This document shows positions 51,043 through 64,000 of a stretch of 64,000 nucleotides of DNA, piece after piece. The notes under the pieces were generated by a model. That model did not search any database and was not told where the DNA came from. It saw nothing but the letters and a program-made list of their open reading frames with translations. The DNA is from Chrysomallon squamiferum. Taxonomy: Eukaryota; Animalia; Mollusca. The DNA is taken from contig CM022670.1 in the NCBI GenBank assembly GCA_012295275.1, positions 23,622,001 through 23,686,000 of the forward strand. The letters run 5' to 3'. Every line of letters begins with the position of its first letter. Positions within the stretch are counted from its first letter, which is position 1. The position numbers and the translations under genes were made by a program.

Positions 51043-52491
51043 TTATTATTATTTATTGTTGCTGAAACATAATTTTCTGTGTATTTTTAAAAAAAATTAT
51101 TATTATAATTTTTTCCAGGGAATATAATAATGAATTATGCATAATCCATGAAATTTAGTTATTTTATATATATCCACTTTAATTCTGTTATCTGTTATTG
51201 TAATTGTAATTAGGTTTTCCCATCCCTTTGATAATATATAATAAATATAAGTTGTTCTTTGAATTAATGGTGTTTAAATAAAGACACATCAATTATTTTG
51301 ACAAGTGTAAGTTGTTCCTAGAATTGGAATAAGGAGAGGGAAATTGGAGCAATGAAAATTCATTGTATTTGGTCTCCACTGAGGAAAGCTACACATTAGT
51401 TTGTTGGGTATTTTTATTTTGCTTTGAACCTCATCATCACTTCAGAGTAAACATTGATCAGAATTCAACACACAAGCAGTTAATGAGCTCCAATGAATGT
51501 GACCTGATTTAGTTGTGTTCATGGAAAGCTGAGTGAAATAAAATTATTTTTTTAAAATTATCTCTGTTTACTTCATTGTACAGACTACAGCTTAGTGTCA
51601 CATTTTCAGTCATAGTTGTGAAAGGTCATTTTCAAAGCTAAAATGAATAAAAACATCTGAGGTCTTCCATGTCACAAAAGCAACTGACTCGGCTTTAATT
51701 GGAATTAAAAATTAATTCCTCTGTGCTGATGTAAAAACTGAAATAGTTCAAGTGTTTTTTGATAGGAGATCTCATTTGGGGATCCAAACTTAATGAACAT
51801 TGCTGATTTATATTTAACTGGAAAGCGATTTTTTTTTCACTTATTTAAGATGTTTTTCTTTCTCACATTTCTCAGTCCTAGTTTTGTTGGGTGGATACTA
51901 TTGAGGTGTGGGCCCTGGGCACCACCAAACCTTTCCATGCCATAGGTCTTCAGTTAGTACAGTTTCAATTATTATTATTTTTTTTTTTTAAATTACAGCA
52001 CCATGGTGCCATTAGTTATTCACCCTTTGGTGCCTTGCTGTGTGCTGATGCAAATGTTGGACTAACATCACAAAGTCTGTCCCTTGTGTGATATCAGTCA
52101 TATCAGTTGTTCCATTTACATCTGTCATACCCATTTCTACACAACTAAAGAATGCGAATGAGACTTATTTTCAATGGTGAAATGCAATTGACATACCTTA
52201 TTTACTGTACAAATAGAAGGCTAGTATTGTTCTTGTTCAAGCCTTGTTTAAGGTCTTCAAGTACCATGTCATTATCTATTCCCTAAAAACCACTGATCAG
52301 ATACACCTGTGGATACTGTGACTAACAATTAGGACAGTTTCAAGTTAATATAGTTCTAATACTGTTTTTAACTATTAGTCATAAATCATCATCCAATTCT
52401 TCAGTGGGTAAATACAAAACATGAAAACTGAACTAAACAATATTTTATCTTATTATAACTTATAAGAATAATAAATTATCTCAATTAGATT

Positions 52492-52495
<4 letters not shown>

Positions 52496-52543
<48 letters not shown>
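52496..52543. repeat. (TA)n microsatellite
   Basis: Directly visible, between the TMEM244 and ATAD2 5' ends. Confidence 0.95.
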
Positions 52544-52546
<3 letters not shown>

Positions 52547-52879
52547 CATTACATGTGAGTTGGATTATGTCCGTTTACCGATTTTTACAGTGTGCATGTA
52601 ATGTTGCCAACAAGAAAGCTGACCGCGTACATTTTAAATATTTTTAAAAATGTGTACGTGTATTGGAAAGTTTCGAAAATTTTCTCCATTTCAACACAAG
52701 GTTAATATTTTGTTTAGCACCGGTATTGCAATCTTGAACAAAGAGTTTGCTCGCTTCATTAAATATTGCGTAAATATTATTCTAGTTGATGTTTCCATAC
52801 AAAAATATGTCTTATTATTCAAAAAGGTTCAGACACAGAAGAGTTTCAATTAATTTTATTTATTTTTAAATCATCAAAA

Positions 52880-53186
52880 TTAACGGAGTTTTAACTTCCC
52901 GCCATCATATTAACCGATTCACTTTGAATCATTTTTGCTATTACTACACTGTTGTCTAACCACAATGATTTTAATAAACATTTGCTAATAATGTTAAGTC
53001 TTTGCTCTATCGGTTTTCATTGTTTCTATATAAATGACAGAATTCAAAATGGGTTTCTATGTATTAACTGGTTATAAGAAAGATTAACGTACTATTTGCC
53101 TTCCGCTGTATTTTGGTTGTTCGGTTTGAGGAAATGGAGGTCAGCTGCTGGTAATGAATTTTTTGGTGGTGTCAGCGTAGACGAAG
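52880..53186 (+). promoter_or_regulatory. Probable ATAD2 promoter with E2F and CHR motifs
   Basis: TTCCCGCC at 52896-52903, TTTGAA at 52923-52928 and TAACGG at 52881-52886, inside CpG cluster about 52570-53610. Confidence 0.55.
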
Positions 53187-53300
53187 ATGGTAAGAACACG
53201 CCACGCACACGCAGATCATGATGTGAATGAAGATAGTCCAAGTGTATTTATATCACTTGATCGTATCGACAAATCGAAAAATCATAATCTAGTCAAGGAT
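53187..53300 (+). CDS. ATAD2: Probable ATAD2/ATAD2B exon 1 (MVRTRHAHADHDVNEDSPSVFISLDRIDKSKNHNLVKD)
   Basis: ATG in good context (AAGATGG); GTAAGA donor; MVxTR start and FISLDRI resemble recalled ATAD2-family N-termini. The AAA and bromodomain lie outside the window, so identity is inferred. Confidence 0.65.
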
Positions 53301-55874
53301 GTAAGATAATGCCACTTTGGTTTGTCTGGTTTTGTTTAGACTGCTTTTGTTAACACTTCGGTCGTCTGTACTGTACTAATACTATTACTAGTATCGTATG
53401 TATGTGAATACAGGTCACCGACTTATTATCGATCGTTTATGGCATAATTTAAAAAAAATTAAATAAATAAATGGTGTCATAGTGATTTTGCGACAGTGGT
53501 TACAGTCAAATTTTTTTAAATAATCATTTAATTTTATAGACCGTTAGAGTCGTATTTACTATTAATAAAACTAATATAATTTTATATTTATTGTATGGTA
53601 ACTACTGACGTATGTTGTACCTTGTAAATACAAGCATGTATTTCTGCATAATAAGAAATATTTTATGTTCTTTCATTACTGCCATTAGTTATATTCATAA
53701 TGTGGCATATTTAACAAACACATTGGGGCTTCATTAAAAAAACAAAGGAATTTTATTTTGTAAAACTTGTTTATTAGATTTCTCGTTTCTTTGTTTCTTC
53801 TTCCTTCTTCCTTCTTTATTATTATTATTATTTTTTTTTTCTTTTTTTTTTTTTTTCTTTTATTTAAATCAAAGGTTATGTTTGTGTTGTAATGGTAACA
53901 ATACAGTGTAATAAATATTTCAAACATGCACAGAGATCAGGATCCAAGATTGCCTTTTAAAGTCTCCCAAAGTGTAATTACGATCCTAGATGTTTAACCT
54001 GTGCTAATTTACATTTATTTAAAAGAATATTTGTATAAGATAGATGCTATATACATCAGTTGGGTGTAGAGTTTACTGTAAATTAATTTCAATCCTTTTT
54101 ATATATGTTCACAATAACCCTACCATGTAAACCAGCTGAGAGATAATTCTCCTGAAGATCTTGGCATGGCAGGATCTCTAATACTAACTAGCCTTCTATC
54201 AGAATTCCCACATATTTAATAATCAGTTTTCATCCTTTGGTTTAATTGGTGCACTAATTGGTTTAATAGCACATACTTAAACAATTCTTGGGGAAAAATA
54301 TATACAGGCACCTAAAGTTTCATCTTGGAATAATACTTGGAATTTTTCCCCTTATGTTAATATATTTTTCCCCTTATATATATATATTTTTTTTAAATCT
54401 GATTTTGCCAGGTTATTTATTTCATATTTGAACATACACAAATTTCAATATAAAGCTAAGTATATTTCAGTTGTATTTCTCAAAGGCATTATCAATTTCT
54501 TATAGAGTATCCAGTTTTCATATGCAACTATTTGCTGTTGACATCTGACAACTTTCAACGCCTGCTAATTTATCATGCCCTCATCAGAAAGCTTTTCCAA
54601 TTCATTATCTTCAGCTTGATTTTTTTATTATTGTATATGAAAAATATACATTTATTCACTGTAATAAAATGATATGTAGGATAAAAACAAGCTAATGTTA
54701 AAATCAAATTCAAACTGGTTAAAATCCACAACACAGTGATCAGAAATTGCCTACCTTGACATCACTGACATAAATTTTCTGAAAAATATCAGGGTTTTTT
54801 TAACATCTGGAGCTTATTAAATAAAAATAAACAAATTAAAAAATGCTCTTTATATCACTTCATTAATTACTTTAAAGGTAAGATTCGATATACAGTGGTT
54901 ACTCATAGTTTGCTCTGCCAACCATTCCAATCCACTTCCTTAGCGAGAGTATAGATTGCTGTCAGAGTTCATTTCTGACAAATGTATGACCATCTTTTAA
55001 TATAACACAATTTCCCCATGAAATTGTTCTTTTCAAAAAGTGTGCATGATCAGGGATTTGTATGCAAAAAAAAAGGACTTCAATTCAAATTTATTTTTTT
55101 ATTTGTTATTTTATTTTTTTAAGATTCAGCAACAAAATTTTGTTCAATTTAAAACAAACAAAAAAGTATTTTGAAGGAAAATCTGTGGTCTTTCATAAGT
55201 AAAACCATGTGTATTTTACAACTATAGGAAACCATGCCATTCTGTGTGCATGAAATGCATGATTCTTCAAAAAAAAATAGCACTCTTTAATCAAAATTAA
55301 AACAAGTAGTGCATTGGATTATTATAAATAATTTGTAACCAGGATTGTAAAACAAATTAATTTTGTTGACTATGTTTGTCCTACAATAAACTCAGCATTT
55401 TTAAATGAATATATAAGGAAATATATAGAATGTATAATTCATTAATGTAAAGAAGAATAATACATATTATGATTTGAACATTATATATTTTATTTAGAAA
55501 GATTTGATATTGTATATTTAAAAACAGATGGTAGATGCCCTTTTTTTCAAAATCAAAATTTGTTATTCAGTTAAATTAACATTACAGTGTTAAACAATAA
55601 GAAAGCAAAATGTACTTTATTTAGGGAGGAAATCATGTTTGTCCAGCTTAATTTGCATTTTGTCACAATGTTACAGACATCTTCAGGCCTCTCAACCAAG
55701 TGTTGTACTCGGTTATTTTTGTTAAAACATATTTAAAATGTTACTCACATTAAAGTTAATAACTTTTCAGAAATTTTATATTTTTACAACAAACAAATAA
55801 TTAATATAGTCAAAATATTTCTACATACCTGTGTGCTTTGTTTTGGGTACTAAATTTATATAACATTTTTACAG

Positions 55875-55987
55875 GACATCGATAGTGATGAGAGTGGCAT
55901 TTCAGAATTTCACAGGTCATATAACCAGGATTTAGATGACTCGTTGATACCAGCACAAAGAAATCTGAGGCCCAAAATATGCTCAAG
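55875..55987 (+). CDS. ATAD2: Probable ATAD2 exon 2
   Basis: tttacag acceptor and AG|GTAATA donor; open frame DIDSDES...RNLRPK; phase 0 to 2. Confidence 0.7.
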
Positions 55988-56344
55988 GTAATATTGTGTT
56001 GTTGACTATTATTGCCAATTGTTAAGTTTTAAATCAACGATACTTTAATATAAATTGAGTAATTATCTTATTTTTAAAATTTCAAGTTAAAGAGCTGTTT
56101 AAATCATTAAACATATATTCAGATGGTTTAACCTACATCAATTTTTAGTGTATATTATATTTGTTCTGTGTTGTATTAACTGTTATATTTATGTAGGTTC
56201 TGAAAGAATATTTATTTTAAATTTACACAATTGTTGTAGAAATATAGCTGTAATATTGAGAATGTAGTTAGAGAGAAACTGTTATTTATTCATTGCATAG
56301 CCTTGAAAATCAGACATTTATTTATATTTTGATTTACCTTTCAG

Positions 56345-56379
56345 AGGTGCTTACTTTGATAATGGTTCTACAGATGAAG
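56345..56379 (+). CDS. ATAD2: Probable ATAD2 exon 3 (35-nt small exon)
   Basis: tttcag acceptor and AAG|GTAAGA donor; phase 2 to 1, which is needed to bridge the neighbouring exons. Confidence 0.7.
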
Positions 56380-56802
56380 GTAAGAATGACAAGTGTATTG
56401 AGTGTTGTTGCGGAGGGGTTTTTCATGTGTAATGCCAGTGAATGATTTGTATATGGATGTCATTAAGAGTCAGTACTTCGTATTTTTCACTAGATGCTGT
56501 ATTTCCATTCAGTCTTATCTGGTTTTACACATTTCTGCCAATGTTAGCTTAACAGTTGTGTGTGCTTCTCATTTTTAAATTAAAGTCCAGTTTTGTGAAT
56601 GAAAGAACCTAAATACATTAAAATTGCAATCATGTCTGTGTAATTACTGTGTATAAATTAATTTTTATCCATTTTCACTGTAAACAGTAAAATATAAAGA
56701 TTTTTAAAAAACAAATTGAAAGTGAAAGATTTAATAGAAAATCCAAAGTTAATAGATGTAGTTCTTAAATAAACAACTATAATTATTTTTGTATGGTTTT
56801 AG

Positions 56803-57158
56803 AGTCATCATCGTCAAGATCTAGAATTAAAAAGAAGAAAAGAAAAATCACCAAAAAAATGAGCCCTAAGAAGAGCCAGCAACAACCGCACAATGAGAAA
56901 AATGTTAGAAATAGCAGAAATTTGGTAACAGAAAAGGATGATAATGACGAAGAAGAATACAGCAAAGTCATCAGACGAAGTTCACGTCACAAGAAGGTTG
57001 TTTATAATTCACTTAACCAGAATGATTTAGAAAAGGGGAACCAGTCACCAAACAATCTATGCAAAGATGATTCATCTGCAGAACTAAAGAAAAATAAAGT
57101 TGACCATGCTCTTTATACCAAGCAGAATGATGCTGGTGATCATAATGATGATCCAAAT
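56803..57158 (+). CDS. ATAD2: Probable ATAD2 exon 4 (basic NLS-like and RRSSRH segment)
   Basis: ttttag acceptor and GTAAGT donor; within ORF 56793-57185. Confidence 0.75.
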
Positions 57159-57334
57159 GTAAGTCATTTTCTGTTACTCCTGTAAATGACAAAGTTTGAA
57201 TAGAGGAAAATAAGGCTTTAATGCATGAACCCAAAAACTTTTGTTTAGCTCTTTTCCATATAGATAGATGAATTTATATATAATTTTTGTTGTTGTTCAT
57301 TATGATAATTTATGATAGTGAAATCTGTTTACAG

Positions 57335-57443
57335 AAATACTCAGATATGTACAGCAGAGTGAAAAGAAGACGATTGCAGGTAAAACAAGATATGTATGGT
57401 GTTCCAATAAACACATCAGAATCAGAAGATGATTCCATTACAG
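57335..57443 (+). CDS. ATAD2: Probable ATAD2 exon 5 (KYSDMYSRVKRRR...)
   Basis: tttacag acceptor; tandem in-frame donors after 57443 and 57446. Confidence 0.75.
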
Positions 57444-57741
57444 GTAGTAAGTTGTTTTATCTTTATAATTCCAGTACTGTCTACTATCTTTTTGTTTTTA
57501 CTAATTTATTTTTTCTCAAACAATAATGTCAGTTAAATTTTTTAATTATGTTTGTAATATTTGCATATATTATCACTGATGAAATTAGCATACTTTCTAG
57601 CTAACTGGTATTTTGCCAGAACATTTTTAAAAAGAAAATACGCTTGCCAAAATTGTAAACATTAATAAAAACTATGGTGCACATGGAAGTATTTTAACTA
57701 TTCGCTGTCATCCGTTTCAAGACCTGCTTTTATCTTTGTAG

Positions 57742-57900
57742 ATGAATGTGAAAGCAGTGGGGAAGATCACGTGCAGGAAACAGAAAATAAAAAAGAAGAT
57801 GAAGGTGATGAAAAAGAGGAGGAAGAAGAGGAAGAAGAGCCTAAGTCTTATTACATGAGAGAACATAGACCTCGCACTCAGCTTTTTGAAGTCAGACCAC
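57742..57900 (+). CDS. ATAD2: Probable ATAD2 exon 6 (acidic tract then KSYYMREHRPRTQLFE)
   Basis: ttgtag acceptor and GTATGT donor; acidic run followed by a YYxR motif, as recalled for ATAD2 (KRYYLRQRK). Confidence 0.75.
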
Positions 57901-58816
57901 GTATGTATCGTGCCCTAGCCTAAAATTAAAAACAGAATAGGTTTTGAAACCCTCATGCATGCACACAGATAAACAAAAACAAAAACCAACAGTTTAAGTC
58001 AAAGGCACTTTGTGAAATTATATGTGTTGTGTTTTCTCAAATTGAAGTCAGCAAAACACATTTTGAGTAAATGCTGGTATTTTATGAAAAAAAATGATGA
58101 ATCTATTGATCTTTAGCTATCATGTTATTGATTTCCACTGTTGATAGTGTCTAAATAATAGTTTTTTTCCTGCATTATTAAGTGATATCTAAAAAGGGGT
58201 GAAAATGTATTTGCTAAACTCCTTTGTAAACATTTGGAAAAATGACAGGTCTGTGTTTTCTTTTCGGGTAATTTTGAGACACCTCTGACAAACCATGCAT
58301 TACCAGAAAGTTTGTCAAGATGTGTGCTTTCCAGCCTCTTGCTTAAACAAACCCCTTGTAATGTTCAACAATGTAAACTATTTTGATCGCATGGTAGCAA
58401 TGACAAGGTCTTGCTCCTAGATACTGATCTTGTTGCTTCAGTGCAAGGCCATTTAATAAACCTATAAATAAACACATGAACATCATGTATTTTCATCATG
58501 TGACAGCTGACCTAGATAAAAGAAAAAGAAACAATGGTGTTGAATATGATCGTGTATAGTACATCCATTTGATTGAGGAATATTTTTTGGAGGATTAACA
58601 GTGAGGCAGACATTAACGAAGACGATAACAGAACTATGAAACATAAAAATGACTTCCAAACAGTGGTACAATTTTTCCTTTTCTGTAACATTTGTGGAAA
58701 TTACACAAGGGATAATTAATTAATTTGTTATCAGTTATTTCTAACAAGCATAGATTATCAAAAAACCATTGACTTGTCTAAGTCAGATGTGCGTAAACCA
58801 AAGAATAATGGTAGTG

Positions 58817-59094
58817 CTTAATGATGGTAGTAACTACAAACTAATTAAACCATCTGCATTTTTTGATAATAAATTTATTGAATTAATGTTAGCAGAATAA
58901 CAGTGTTGATATTTTTAAGTTGGTCAAATGTGATCAAGATCTATTTAAGATAATGAAGAAGAATTTTTCTTAATGATGGTAGTAACTACAAACTAATTGA
59001 ACCATCTGCATTTTTTGATAATAAACTTACTGAATTAATGTTAGCAGAATAACAGTGTTGATATCTTTAAGTTGGTCAGATGTTATCAAGATCT
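58817..59094. repeat. Tandem duplication of about 126 bp (period 152) in an ATAD2 intron
   Basis: CTTAATGATGGTAGTAACTACAAACTAATT...CAAGATCT at 58817-58942 and 58969-59094 with a few substitutions. Confidence 0.92.
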
Positions 59095-59820
59095 GTCTAT
59101 TAAAGGTAAATACCCTAAAATGAAGCAAATAAATGAAACAGAATTGATATTAATATATATCAAGTGTTACTAATAACTCGTTTTTGAATTTTTCCTGCAT
59201 GTGATTCATTTTGTGAAACACAATATATATTTTCTGTTTCAGGAACAAACTTGTTAAAAAACAAATACTGTAAGGACATCTAATTTGTTTTCTTGGTTTT
59301 CATTTTTTAAATACTAAATTAAATGTAAGGTTAGCATTTCATTTCATCTTTACAGATCTGTATAAACAGGTCTCTAGACTTCAGACATACAAAGAAGAAC
59401 TGGTTTGGTATGTCCATTTCAAATACCATATATGTATCTTTCATAATACAAAATAAAACTTCAAGCATTAGACTGTGAGTCTAAAGTATAATGTTATGAA
59501 AGAATTTTAGTATTGCTGAGATATGCCAAATGCCAGATGGTTGAAGGTCTCTGTTTTACACACTTGAGGAAGAATCAACTAAACTAGGTATTTTGTAACA
59601 TAATGAATATTAAGATTTAACACTACTTTACATATAGCTATTTTCTTTTTCAGTCAGATATTGCTCTTAAATTCATTTTCAAATATAATTTTCTTTTTCT
59701 TTTTTATGTGTGTGTGTGTCTGAGTGTATGCTGCATATGCCACATTCCTCAAAGTTGATGTGTAGTTACAATTATTACGTTATGTGAAAAGTGCATTTAT
59801 ATTCAAATTAATCTTTTTAG

Positions 59821-59932
59821 AACCAGTCAGACGAAAACCACAAATTGCCTTTAGAGTAACTCCACCTCCACTATCTCGCCATCAAGCCAAAACATATCGT
59901 TCTCCAGCACATCGACGGAGGTGCAGCTACAG
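59821..59932 (+). CDS. ATAD2: Probable ATAD2 exon 7 (PVRRKPQ...YRSPAHRRRCSY); gene continues beyond the window
   Basis: tttttag acceptor and CAG|GTAAAT donor; phase 1 to 2. Confidence 0.72.
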
Positions 59933-62900
59933 GTAAATAGCATGGTTGACAAAGTCTTTCAGTAATAATGCGGAATTAGGTGAAAGTTATTTAAATAGTA
60001 GTTAGAAATAGAAGTAATCTACACTGTTTTTTTTCTACATTTTTGTCAGGTATAGTGTATTATAGTTTACTCTCCAATACACACAGCTGATCCACTACTG
60101 ATGATTAATATTTCTGTGAATATAACTATACTTAAATATAGTTGTAAATAAAATATGCTGAATATGTTATTAAATAAAGAATCTCCTTCCTTTATTAATA
60201 TTTTTTTTACACATGAATACCTCAAGCTGTAGGTTTGTGTAAAATCAGTCAGCACTAATATAAGGTCTGTGTGCAAGAGGATGAAATATGTAAATATATC
60301 AATGACTGGTGTATGTTGAGACAGTTGATTGTCTTTATGCTGACAGGTGCATAGAATAGAAAAGGTTTGATGTAGCCACTTCCGTATAAAGTTTGTTGTC
60401 ACATAATGATATTGGCTTTTCTACTCTTTATCACAAATTAAATAAATTACAAAAGATTAATGTTTGATTTTGTGAAATACTTAATAAAATATTTATCAAC
60501 ACTTAGAAGTACCAAACTAATAGAAACGACAATAAAAGTCTCAACTTCAGTAATAGTTCTTATGGCATTGCATTCATGTATTTAATATATATATAATAAA
60601 GAAAGATGACATTCAGTTTCAGTCTGTAAAAGTAAAGTGGTGGGGTAATAACTATGGTAATTATTTCTTCTATATTTTTTACTAGTTTTATAAATGTGAT
60701 GTTTCTATCAGTATATTGAGATAATCCAGAGCTGTGGCACACAAAGTGGAACAATTATTTAAGCTCATTATGATTCTAGACTGAAGTAATCAACAGGGGT
60801 TAATGTATCAGTTCAGTACTAAAAATATTCTTTCAAATGGAATATTCTGGTATGAGAAAGCTGTTTGAAAGTGTGTTTTCTTTTTCCTCACTAGCCATCT
60901 AGGTATGCAAATAAAATATAACAAAGTATGCATTGAAGTCACATTTTAAGACTTTGCATATGTTATATTTATATACATAATAAAAGTTATTGGATACATC
61001 ATATATTTTGATGCTAATTGTGCTACACAAATTTGCTAGATTAGTTTTGGACAACAAACCTAAGATAAAAAAAAGTTTTGCAACAGCAGCTGTCTCAGAA
61101 ATAAAAATTCATCATTCATCATAAATAACATAGATCACTGGGAAGTTCAGTATTCTTAGAGTTTGTTTCAAATTACATGAACATGTTTCCGTTTGTTACC
61201 CAGTAATATATACCATGCCATTCATTAACCTGCTCACTTGTGTAAGTCACAAATAGAAATGTTAAAAAGATTTGACAGAATAAACATTGAATACAGCATT
61301 TAAAATAAAAGAGAATAGTAATTATGTCACAAAAAGCTAAAATTTTCAACTTGTTTGCAACTTTACAATCAGTTTTAATTATATGTGTACAGAGTGTGGC
61401 CTCTTAAAATAATAATTTAATATCAGAACATTGGATTTTAAGCCATTGTTGAAATGATGCAAATAAATTAATAACTATGCATTTGACCCACTTGCACGAT
61501 CTTTTTTAAAACACACATTACTTTGAATAATTTCAGTTACTATTAAAACCATGTTAATTTAGTTATGAAATAGCTTTTGGACGTTCTGCTCGTATACATT
61601 TTTCACTGCATTAACACATCATAATTGGATGTTGAAGGTAAGACATTGAAACAAGACAAAACAAATTATATTTTACAACAGTAACCTGCTACATATCTTT
61701 AAAACACCAAATAAGTAAAACTTGGCATAATTCATATGTAGGGTGTGGTGAAAGTAACACCATTTTTTTTATTTATTCACTTTTATTGAACAAAATGCAA
61801 ACAAGAAAAATGTTGAACATTTTATAAAATACATATAATTGTACAATATATAGAAAGTTGTACTGTACTAAACAATATAAACCAAAAATGGCTTTACTTT
61901 AACAGTGCCTTGTACACGTACACATACACATATACTGCTTAATATTGAATAACTTTCTATATATGTTTTTACATATAAAATAAACTTTATTAATAGAAAA
62001 TGAGTTCATGGAAAATAGAAATCACAGTGAATATACCTCAAATAACCCTGACTAAACACCTACTGTTTTAAAGTTTAGGATAATATATTCACAATGAACA
62101 CTTTTTTAACAGTATGTCATGCTGCCACCATTCTGTTTCTCTTTCTGATTAGCGTCCATATTATCATGAACAGTTCAAAGTTAAATAACATCATTACTGA
62201 CATGTAATGGTTTGTAATTTCTTAATTTCATCATTTCTAATAAATGCTTAATATAAAATGTAATATAATAAAGATGTGTGTAAATATACATGCACATACA
62301 CAAAAAGACATTTTATTTACTTTTTATGTATTCCTTTTGCATTCAATATGTTAAAATGTCACAGGAATTTTATACAAGTAGTTTAAATATCATTATTTGT
62401 TGTTTCACAGTTACATAAAAGAAAATAACTATTTTCCATCTTGCTGTCCAAATTTGATACCTTTTTAAAGTTCTTTATTACAGCAAAGCAAAAGCCTAAA
62501 GATAGAAAATTTTATTTGGTTTGTCAAAAGAATAATAACATAAAATAAGATGAAGTGTAACTTGTTATATGTAAATAGGTATATCTGTAATGTTTAAGTC
62601 AGTTTGATTGAATTTACATTGCATGGACTTGAATTTATCATATACAAGGAATATGGAAACCAGCAGATGTAATGTGTCTAACAAGCACTTAGAAATCTAG
62701 TTCTTGAAAGTTATTTAAGAAAATAATAAATAAAATAATAGTTATACTTCTGAAAACTGGAGTGTTGCTATACTGTATTCTCATAAAACCTAATGATTTA
62801 CACAGCTTTTAACACAAACCCCTGAAAACCAAAATGTTCTTGTTCTCTCAATACTTTTTTTTAAATAAGTTTCACTATAATAACTACAAGCAAAATAAAT

Positions 62901-63289
62901 GAAAATAAATTTATATGCTGACCAATCATTATTTTTATTAAAAACTTCATTACATATCCATCTTTTTCTCCGATTCACTGATATATATATTCAATTAAAA
63001 AAACGAAATGGGCTTAATATTCCATGCAGTGCATTTTGACTGAAACTGATGACAGTATATAATATTCGTTAAATTATATATATAACTGTTTTGAATTGTT
63101 TGGATCATTAAGGATGAGGAATATTGTAGATTCATGCAAACATATTGGGAAATCATTTATTTTTATAGAATCTATAGTGGTTGAAATGGTTCCAAACATG
63201 TTAACAGCACATTAAAAAAAAATATGCCTTTCAGGAACCTGTTTATTATAAACGTCATTGAAACAAACAGCAAAACTAAAAAAAAAAAT

Positions 63290-64000
63290 ACTGCGATTCA
63301 ATAGTTAATAAATGCATCATTTTTCAATCTGGGTATAATGGGCAGTTAAGTTTTCAGCCAAACGGTAAATTAGCAAAACTGAATGTTGTCAATTTCTAAA
63401 AGATTTAAAACGTACTCAGCGATTGTTTTATTTCTTTAATACAATGGCGAAAATGAGATTCGTGAGTTGGATCAAGTACAGCAAAATGGTCATTCAAACC
63501 ACGAGTTGCCCACTCGAAATTGTTTTTTTGAAACGTCCATTAAAATTGTTTATATATTTATAACCTTAATGTTTAGTTCATCGTGGGGGGGGGGGATCGT
63601 TCCAATCACTTTTAAAATACTTATTTAAGCACTAACTACCGCATTTTTATAGCTTTAATTGCATCGGTAATTAGCTACATTTTTCGAAATGAGTCAAAAA
63701 CACAATAGCCGAGCGGAGCGGGGCGACAAAAATTGGCCGAGGTGTTAAGGGGCCGAATTCATTCAGTTGATATCGTTTCTATTGGAATAGAGGTTTATAT
63801 ATTTTTTTAAATAAAATCTTTATGTATATGTGTATGCATATATAAATCAAACCAAGAAATCGTCAATTTCGGTATGAGGCATTTGCTTCAGTGTGGTTAC
63901 GACCGTGCATGTTGTGTCTTGGTAAAGAGAATGGTTTCCGCTTGTGACGTCTTTTCACGCTAAAAGGACGGGAATCTGAGCACTTCTAATCGAACTTGAT
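63290..64000. mobile_element. Possible young non-autonomous interspersed repeat in an ATAD2 intron
   Basis: Abrupt return of CpGs inside a CpG-depleted gene body; GC-rich AGCCGAGCGGAGCGGGGCG motif and a poly-G run; no coding signal; family not identified. Confidence 0.35.

Noticed and set aside
58094-58156. ATGATGA box C as a possible intronic C/D snoRNA
   Set aside because: No terminal CTGA box D or terminal stem at a suitable distance.

Overview
AT-rich, microsatellite-rich, intron-containing animal genomic DNA. It is not prokaryotic; a mollusc or other lophotrochozoan is my inference from style only. Manual splice-site and phase reconstruction gives four genes. (1) A 277-aa tetraspanin on the minus strand, 7 coding exons at 11802-22422, apparently using a GC-AG intron. 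(2) A very large multi-Tudor germline/piRNA-type scaffold (Tudor/TDRD6/TDRD15-like) on the minus strand, 11 coding exons at 29405-43648, about 3128 aa with about 13 extended Tudor domains. It has a 5235-nt exon, a 1-nt frameshift at about 36040, two uORFs and a 30-bp coding minisatellite. (3) A TMEM244/SYS1-family small membrane protein on the minus strand, 6 exons at 47161-50703, with a decayed LINE in intron 3. (4) The 5' part of a probable ATAD2/ATAD2B gene on the plus strand, 7 exons from 53187, continuing beyond the window. CpG content is mosaic: retained over about 1-26 kb, depleted over the Tudor/TMEM244/ATAD2 bodies, with CpG clusters at their 5' ends. I found no convincing coding gene in 1-11.7 kb and no tRNA, rRNA or CRISPR array. 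I cannot support a clearly novel system. The best leads are the Tudor frameshift, the Tudor leader and promoter motifs, a MITE just 3' of the Tudor stop, and the intact invertebrate TMEM244.
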